A DNA stretch of 50,768 bases, from positions 1 through 50,768 of the forward strand of contig LJUC01000001.1 in the NCBI GenBank assembly GCA_001303695.1, written 5' to 3'. A program made the translations under genes and the position numbers. The notes under the pieces were generated by a model that saw nothing but the letters and a program-made list of their open reading frames with translations, was not told where the DNA came from and did no database searches. Origin of the DNA: Phycisphaerae bacterium SM23_30. Lineage in GTDB: Bacteria > Planctomycetota > Phycisphaerae > Sedimentisphaerales > SM23-30. Below, in pieces: positions 45,980 through 50,768 of the stretch; the first letter of the stretch is position 1; each line of letters opens with the position of its first letter.

Positions 45980-46016
45980 AAGCCTTGCCTTTCCCACGAA
46001 ACGCGAGGCTTTTTTA
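45980..46016 (+). terminator. rho-independent terminator (likely riboswitch expression platform)
   Basis: AAGCCTTGC (45980-45988) pairs with GCGAGGCTT (46003-46011) with one G-U pair and a 14-nt loop. Followed by a T-run to 46015. Lies between the aptamer and the first ORF. Confidence 0.6.
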
Positions 46017-46103
46017 TTGCCTATAACACGTATCTTGGAAAAAACGCCGATTTGTAATCAGCCCCGCGCTTTATCGCGGAGTCATGCTTTGGGAGCAGCA
46101 AAA

Positions 46104-46913
46104 ATGAGCAAACTAAAACAAAACTACGGTCTTCTTACGATCGCTTTATCTCTGGCGACAACTATCCTGACGCCTCCGGCCCGCGCCCACGTGACCGACT
46201 TCGACGATTTAATTCTGGCCCCCCAATCATACTGGAATGGTGCCGACAGCGCCGGAGGTTTCACCAGCGGCAGCGCCTCTTTCAATAATTCCTATTCCTC
46301 CGGAACCGGCTGGGAATATTGGGAAGGCTTCGCTTATTCCAACTTAACCGATACCTCCGTCTCCGGCCCGGCCGGTCAATACTCCGCTAGCGCCGGTTCC
46401 GGACAGAGCGGCTCGGCCAACTACGCCCTTGCCTTTGTCGGCTGGTCCGACGCCCCCACCGTAACGCTTAACCGCCCCACGATGGTGAAAAGCTTATACG
46501 TAACCAACAACAATTATGCTTATTATTCCATGCTCCACGGTGATATGTTCTCTAAAAAGTTCGGCGGCGCCGCCGGCGACGATCCCGATTGGTTCAAGCT
46601 TACCATAACCGGCAAAAACGCCGCCGGCCAGACGGCGGCAGCCAAAGATTTCTACCTCGCTGATTTTCGTTTCACCGATCCTGGTCAGGATTATATCGTT
46701 AACACCTGGCGCAAAATCGACCTGACGAGTCTGGGTACGGTTAAAAGCCTGGAATTCACCCTGACCTCCAGTGACACCGGTGCGTTTGGCATGAACACCC
46801 CGGCCTATTTCGCCCTGGATTCGATAACCGCTATTCCCGCCCCGGCGGCTATTTTACTCGGCAGCGTCGGCATAACGCTGGTAGGTTGGTTCCGCAAGCG
46901 AGAAATCCTGTAA
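46104..46913 (+). CDS. secreted protein, DUF4465-like (candidate cobalamin-binding), with PEP-CTERM-like C-terminal anchor
   Basis: ORF 46017..46913, with ATG 46104 and GGGAG 8 nt upstream. Signal peptide ...ILTPPARA/HV. SYWNGADSAGGF..WEYWEGFAYSNLTD..SANYALAFVG resembles my recollection of DUF4465. Tail ITAIPAPAAILLGSVGITLVGWFRKRE follows the PEP-CTERM pattern with PAP instead of PEP. Confidence 0.6.
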   Translation: MSKLKQNYGLLTIALSLATTILTPPARAHVTDFDDLILAPQSYWNGADSAGGFTSGSASFNNSYSSGTGWEYWEGFAYSNLTDTSVSGPAGQYSASAGSGQSGSANYALAFVGWSDAPTVTLNRPTMVKSLYVTNNNYAYYSMLHGDMFSKKFGGAAGDDPDWFKLTITGKNAAGQTAAAKDFYLADFRFTDPGQDYIVNTWRKIDLTSLGTVKSLEFTLTSSDTGAFGMNTPAYFALDSITAIPAPAAILLGSVGITLVGWFRKREIL

Positions 46914-47023
46914 TCCCGGCCAAAAAGGCAACAAAATACGACATGTCCGCCCGCGCTTGCCCCCGCCCACGTAGAGGCGGCAATACGGAAATGGATTATG
47001 GTAAATGTTGGTGTATAAAACAT

Positions 47024-47052
47024 CTGTCATCCCCGCGCAAGCGGGAATCCAG
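47024..47052 (+). repeat. REP-like palindromic element (translates as the common VIPAQAGIQ artefact)
   Basis: CTGTCATCCCCGCGCAAGCGGGAATCCAG with hairpin CCCGC-GCAA-GCGGG (47032-47045). Related CTGTCAT(C/T)CCGACC starts at 44460 and 44487. Confidence 0.4.
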
Positions 47053-47073
47053 ACGCCCAAGAAGGCTCAAAAC

Positions 47074-48168
47074 TTGAAAATTTCAAAAATATCCTTGTTT
47101 TTGATCCTTGCTTTTCATTGCTTGGCCTACGCCCAACAGGGACCTTACCCTGTTATGGGCATCAGCGGCTTTGTCGGTGCTGATGGGCGGCCTGCCCATC
47201 CCCTGGAGGACCCCGATAAAAGGATCAATCCCCTCTTTAGAGGCTGGGCCGGCGGGTATATCAACTACCTGCCCGCCCCCGGCGTCAACGCCCCCTGGAA
47301 TAATCCCCAACTGGCCCTGGGGCCGGTTACCGGCGATCACTTCCACATCGTCAGTCTCGGAGACCTCGATCAAGACCAGATCAGCCAGCAGGTCCCCCCC
47401 GGACAAATCACCCTTACCTTCAACGAACCAAACAATATCATTCGTGATGTTAAAGGCTATGACTTCGCCGTCTTTGAAAATGCCTTTGTCGTCCAGGGTC
47501 AGCCTGATCCCTGGCGGGGGTATGTCAACGCCGATATCATCGCCGAGTTGGCCTATGTGGAAGTATCTTCGGACGGGCTCCATTTCGCCCGCTTTCCCCC
47601 TGTCTCTCTGACCCCTCAGGCGGTGGGTCCCTATGGCACGGTGCGTATGGAAAATGTCTTTAATCTGGCCGGCAAACACCCAAATGCCGCCGGTCTCTGC
47701 CTGGGTACGCCCTTTGATCTACGGGATATAGCCGACGATCCGCTGGTGGCCGCGGACCGCGTTGATCCCAACAACATACGATTTGTTCGTCTCATCGACA
47801 TCCCCGGCTCCGGCCACTTCCAGGATCAGGCCCAATACCATATTGATCCCAATACCTGCCCATATTGGAAAAATTACCCTCAAAACCATCCGATTTACGA
47901 CGCCTGGGTTACCTGGGGCTCAGGCGGTTTCGACCTGGAAGCCATCGGCGTATTGACAGAGCAGCAATACCCCGCCGATATCAACTTGGACGGTATGGTG
48001 GATATGTATGACTTACATTTGTTTTCCTTGACCTGGCTGGACCGCTTTGGCCGCCCATCCTGGATCGATCGTTGCGACCTGGCCCCGCCCATAGATATGA
48101 TGGTTAACGGGCGCGATTTCGCCATCCTGGCCCAACAATGGTTGAAAAAGGAAAAATGGCGCAGGTAA
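47074..48168 (+). CDS. secreted hypothetical protein with C-terminal dockerin-like module
   Basis: ORF 47005..48168. The first 23 codons are the REP-like element, so TTG 47074 is preferred (GAAGG upstream). Signal peptide KISKISLFLILAFHCLAYA/QQ. C-terminal DINLDGMVDMYDLHLFSLTW...VNGRDFAILAQQW. Confidence 0.6.
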   Translation: MKISKISLFLILAFHCLAYAQQGPYPVMGISGFVGADGRPAHPLEDPDKRINPLFRGWAGGYINYLPAPGVNAPWNNPQLALGPVTGDHFHIVSLGDLDQDQISQQVPPGQITLTFNEPNNIIRDVKGYDFAVFENAFVVQGQPDPWRGYVNADIIAELAYVEVSSDGLHFARFPPVSLTPQAVGPYGTVRMENVFNLAGKHPNAAGLCLGTPFDLRDIADDPLVAADRVDPNNIRFVRLIDIPGSGHFQDQAQYHIDPNTCPYWKNYPQNHPIYDAWVTWGSGGFDLEAIGVLTEQQYPADINLDGMVDMYDLHLFSLTWLDRFGRPSWIDRCDLAPPIDMMVNGRDFAILAQQWLKKEKWRR

Positions 48169-48234
48169 TAAAAAAACTTCAAAGCAACTTTGATAAATAT
48201 ATTCCGTATCCCGGATAACCTGCCTGGTTTAATC

Positions 48235-49068
48235 ATGTGGACGTCGAAAAAAAATTGCGGTTTCACCCTCGTCGAGCTTTTGATCGTTATCTCGATCATT
48301 TCTCTATTGATGGCGCTGATCTTACCCGCCCTCGCCGCCGCTAAAGATCAGGCCCGCAGCGCCGTCTGTAAAAACAATATCCGCCAGATAGTATTGGCCA
48401 ATATCGGTTACGCCCACGAAAATGATGACTATTTCGTCATCGCCGCCTACAAAATCATCGACCTCTTCGACTTCGCCCACTGCAACCTGCAACGCTGGCA
48501 CGGCGCCCGAGACGATCTCAACTGCCCTTTCGATCCGCTCCGCAGCCCCCTGGTGCCCTATCTAGCCGGCGGCGCCGTCAAAGAGTGCCCCCAAAACGTC
48601 CCCTTCCGACACGGCGACCCCTGGCAGTGGGATTATGAAGACGGCTGCGGCGGCTACGGCTACAACCTCACTTATCTCGGCTCCCGGCTCGGGACCGGTG
48701 AACCCTTCGACCGGGCCTGCCTGCAAAGCGCCCGCTCCACGGATCTCCGCAAACCTTCCCAGACCCTTATGTTTGCCGATACCGCCATGGCTAAACGACA
48801 GCACGGCATGCCGTATTACCTGGAGTATTCTTTTGCCGAACCGCCCTTTTTCCTCGATCATCAGGGATTGCCTGTCAACGGTTTCTATGCCTCCCCCTCG
48901 ATTCACTTTCGCCACCGCGACTGCGCCAACATCGGCTGGGCCGACGGGCACGTGGACAGCCGACCCATGGCCCCCTTCGACCAGAAAAATGTTTACGGGG
49001 TAAAATCCGCCGATATGATGCTCGGCTGGCCCGAACCCCTCGACAACTCCCTCTTCGATCTGAAATAA
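48235..49068 (+). CDS. DUF1559 / H-X9-DG protein with prepilin-type N-terminal cleavage/methylation domain
   Basis: ORF 48190..49068, ATG 48235. MWTSKKNCG/FTLVELLIVISIISLLMALILPAL. C-terminal HRDCANIGWADGH matches H-x9-DG exactly. Confidence 0.9.
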   Translation: MWTSKKNCGFTLVELLIVISIISLLMALILPALAAAKDQARSAVCKNNIRQIVLANIGYAHENDDYFVIAAYKIIDLFDFAHCNLQRWHGARDDLNCPFDPLRSPLVPYLAGGAVKECPQNVPFRHGDPWQWDYEDGCGGYGYNLTYLGSRLGTGEPFDRACLQSARSTDLRKPSQTLMFADTAMAKRQHGMPYYLEYSFAEPPFFLDHQGLPVNGFYASPSIHFRHRDCANIGWADGHVDSRPMAPFDQKNVYGVKSADMMLGWPEPLDNSLFDLK

Positions 49069-49070
49069 CC

Positions 49071-49088
49071 CCATGAAGCATTCAAAAA
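49071..49088 (+). repeat. 18-nt direct repeat, left copy (CCATGAAGCATTCAAAAA)
   Basis: Identical to 50221-50238, exactly 1150 bp downstream. Contains an ATG plus the first 5 codons (MKHSK) of the BtuF-like gene. Confidence 0.9.
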
Positions 49089-49290
49089 TTCCAATCGTCG
49101 CTGCAAGTGGTTTGATTAGTCAAAAACTGAAAGATGACCAAATACATGATCACAATTTCAAAGTTATACCTGCGGGTAATTATCGTAATGGAAATCATTT
49201 AGTCTTGATTATTCACTGTAGTCTAAGTAAAGTACTTGGGATGGTTTCGTTCCTGTAGGTCGATTAATTTTGATCAGCTATAATTTTATT

Positions 49291-49815
49291 ATGAGTTTCA
49301 AGCAAATGGCCGCCGCAGACCAAAAGACATTTCCGCCAAACATCAATATAAGAAACAACTTGAAACCCGGCGATATAGGCTATTTGACCTATTTGCACGG
49401 AATATTATATGCCCGAGAATGTGGCTGGGATTACACCTTCGAAGCTTATGTAGCCGGCCCTTTGGCGGAATTTGCCCGATCGCATAATGACCGGGAACGG
49501 ATTTGGATAGTGGAAAAAGATAAAATAGTTACGGGCTCGATGGCAGTGGTTGAAGCCGGCAAAGACGAGGCTCAACTCCGCTGGTTATTGCTTCACCCTG
49601 ATTTACGGGGGCGGGGGATGGGCAGATTTCTCATGGAACAGGCTATTGCTTTTTGCCGGGACCGGAACTACCAAATTGCTTTCCTCTGGACGGTTGGTTC
49701 ATTGACCGCCGCCGCCAGGCTATACCAATCGCTGGGATTTCGTGTGACGGAGGAAAAAACCCGTATGTTGTGGGGGGCGTTGTTAACCGAACAGCGCTGC
49801 GATTTAAAACTGTGA
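49291..49815 (+). CDS. GNAT-family N-acetyltransferase
   Basis: ORF 49270..49815. Acetyl-CoA motif A LLLHPDLRGRGMGRFLMEQAIAF (R/Q-x-x-G-x-G/A), then LYQSLGF. Confidence 0.8.
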   Translation: MSFKQMAAADQKTFPPNINIRNNLKPGDIGYLTYLHGILYARECGWDYTFEAYVAGPLAEFARSHNDRERIWIVEKDKIVTGSMAVVEAGKDEAQLRWLLLHPDLRGRGMGRFLMEQAIAFCRDRNYQIAFLWTVGSLTAAARLYQSLGFRVTEEKTRMLWGALLTEQRCDLKL

Positions 49816-49892
49816 CAGGATTGACCTGTTTTTCAGGATCCGCACCGGATGTATTGTAATCGAGTGTACTTTTTCAGCATCAACATGGAATT

Positions 49893-50015
49893 ATGCCCGG
49901 AGTCGCACGGATTGTTTTACCGGATTTCCCGCATCACATTACCCGGCATGGTAATAACCAGCAGGTCGTGTTTTTTGTCGATGATGATCGGCGTCTGTAC
50001 CCGGCAAAGAAATAA
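49893..50015 (+). pseudogene. 5' stub of a REP-associated / IS200-like Y1 tyrosine transposase
   Basis: 40-codon ORF MPGVARIVLPDFPHHITRHGNNQQVVFFVDDDRRLYPAKK*. It matches the conserved N-terminus (R..LPG.P.H..QRGNNRQ..F..D.D...Y) of RayT-like transposases, which are normally over 150 aa. Confidence 0.6.
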
Positions 50016-50037
50016 AGGTCCCTGGTACTAACAAGAC

Positions 50038-50204
50038 TTTTGCAAAATTGGATTTTGGCATACATTATTAAAGAAATTTCTTAGGGGAAATTTCTTTAAT
50101 AATCAACGCAAGCTTATATATTTCAATTATTTGGAACAATTTTTCGCCGGCGAAGTTAAATAAAAATATATCTCAAAAATATGCCAAAATCCAATTTTGC
50201 AAAA
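50038..50204. repeat. nested perfect palindromes (25-nt terminal inverted repeats enclosing a 17-bp hairpin), MITE/IS-end-like
   Basis: TTTTGCAAAATTGGATTTTGGCATA (50038-50062) is the exact reverse complement of 50180-50204. Inner hairpin ATTATTAAAGAAATTTC (50064-80) pairs with GAAATTTCTTTAATAAT (50087-50103). TTCGCCGGCGAA palindrome at about 50143-50154. Confidence 0.85.
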
Positions 50205-50220
50205 CTTCATTGCTAATATA

Positions 50221-50238
50221 CCATGAAGCATTCAAAAA
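50221..50238 (+). repeat. 18-nt direct repeat, right copy
   Basis: Identical to 49071-49088. Includes the start codon of the BtuF-like gene. Confidence 0.9.
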
Positions 50239-50768
50239 CATCGATAATTGCCCTGCTGCTCTTTGTCCTCGGTATGACCCTGTCCCTGCTTCTGTACTAT
50301 AGCATTAATCTCAAACCTGCTGGCTCGGCGCCCTCCGTCGATTCCCGGCCGCTGCCCTCTATCCCCCCTTTCCCTCAGCGCATCGCCTGCATGACCCCCA
50401 GTGTCACCGAATCCGTCTTCGCCCTCGGCGGCCAAGACCGCGTCGTTGGCGTCACCGATTTCTGCGACTATCCCCCCCAGGCCGCCCAAAAAGAAAAACT
50501 CGGCGGCTTCTTCAATCCCAACTTCGAACGTATCATATCGGTCAACCCCGACTTGATAATCTCTCAGGGTAAATCCGAAAAAATTACCCAATTTTGTCAA
50601 AAAGAAAACATCCCCCTTCTGCACGTCCGGATGAGCAATATCGAAGTGATATTTGACGACCTGACCCTCTTGGGCCGAACCCTCGGCTGCCGCCCACAGG
50701 CTGAAAAATTATGCGCCGAAATTCGCCAGACCTTACGGCAAATCGAAACCGCCCTCGCCGATCTGCCC
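50223..50768 (+). CDS. BtuF-like periplasmic cobalamin/siderophore-binding protein (ABC substrate-binding, partial, runs off the window)
   Basis: Open frame from ATG 50223 to the window end (182 codons), absent from the ORF track because it has no stop. TM/signal segment IIALLLFVLGMTLSLLLY. RIACMTPSVTESVFALGGQDRVVGVTDFCDYPPQA...LGGFFNPNFERIISVNPDLII matches the BtuF/TroA-like pattern (RIVSL.PS.TE.L.ALG...LVGVT.yCdYP). Confidence 0.8.
   Translation, partial: MKHSKTSIIALLLFVLGMTLSLLLYYSINLKPAGSAPSVDSRPLPSIPPFPQRIACMTPSVTESVFALGGQDRVVGVTDFCDYPPQAAQKEKLGGFFNPNFERIISVNPDLIISQGKSEKITQFCQKENIPLLHVRMSNIEVIFDDLTLLGRTLGCRPQAEKLCAEIRQTLRQIETALADLP

Noticed and set aside
47083-47679. 198-aa minus-strand ORF and the overlapping 167-aa plus-strand ORF 47108..47611
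   Set aside because: Both overlap ORF 47074..48168, which has a signal peptide and a dockerin tail. Neither alternative frame has features.
48562-49074. 170-aa minus-strand ORF
   Set aside because: It is antisense to the DUF1559/H-X9-DG gene, whose N- and C-terminal signatures are unambiguous.
49073-49258. 61-aa ORF starting MKHSK
   Set aside because: The first 5 codons are the duplicated btuF start inside the 18-nt direct repeat. The rest is AT-rich insert sequence. It is most likely a chimeric by-product rather than a gene.
50232-50624. 130-aa minus-strand ORF listed in the ORF track
   Set aside because: The plus strand carries an open frame from ATG 50223 to the window end with strong BtuF-like motifs. 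It is missing from the track only because it has no stop. The minus ORF is its shadow.

Overview
This is a 50.8-kb, densely coding bacterial window of roughly 50% GC by eye, with a few AT-rich islets. All family assignments come from motifs read by eye; no BLAST, HMM or RNA covariance search was run.

The gene content points to a PVC-superphylum genome, most likely Planctomycetota (inference). Supporting markers are a DUF1559/H-X9-DG pseudopilin-like protein, a DUF1573 protein, dockerin-tailed exoproteins, a PEP-CTERM-like tail, and giant proteins starting with LEPRxLL.

Layout:
1. 1-6.3 kb: exported hypothetical protein, DUF1573 protein, a mini-dockerin ORF, a radical SAM/SPASM enzyme and an S41 C-terminal processing protease.
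2. 6.4-16.4 kb: a 1772-aa adhesin-like giant (-) transcribed divergently from a 1348-aa multidomain S8 subtilase (+).
3. 16.5-31.6 kb: a signalling and fibre/secretion supercluster.
   - Signalling genes: REC + HD-GYP (-), PAS histidine kinase, GAF/degenerate-GGDEF protein, STAS protein.
   - Machine genes: GspE-type ATPase with an MshEN-like N-terminus, GspF, PilM, PilN, PilO, a PilP/GspC-like protein, a GspG-like major pseudopilin and four minor pseudopilins.
   - No secretin, prepilin peptidase or PilT is present in the window.
4. 31.9-36.0 kb: a second giant (1361 aa) with the same unusual N-terminal motif and a C-terminal module homologous to the first giant.
5. 36.0-41.9 kb (-): GHMP sugar kinase, tRNA-Pro(UGG), two glycosyltransferases and a HAD hydrolase.
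6. 42.0-44.4 kb: outer-membrane beta-barrel protein and glutamine-dependent NadE.
7. 44.5-45.6 kb: AT-rich islet with an interrupted HNH gene.
8. 45.66-50.77 kb: a sigma70-type promoter, cobalamin riboswitch and terminator.
   - Downstream genes: a DUF4465-like PEP-CTERM-type protein, a dockerin protein, a DUF1559 protein and a BtuF-like binding protein (partial).
   - The last two genes are split by a 1150-bp insertion flanked by 18-nt direct repeats. It carries a GNAT gene, a Y1 (RayT/IS200-like) transposase stub and nested perfect palindromes.

Most interesting candidates:
- The pair of non-Sec 'LEPRxLL' giants bracketing a c-di-GMP-linked, STAS-coupled pilus/secretion machine.
- The B12-riboswitch operon built from PVC-specific surface and pseudopilin-like proteins.
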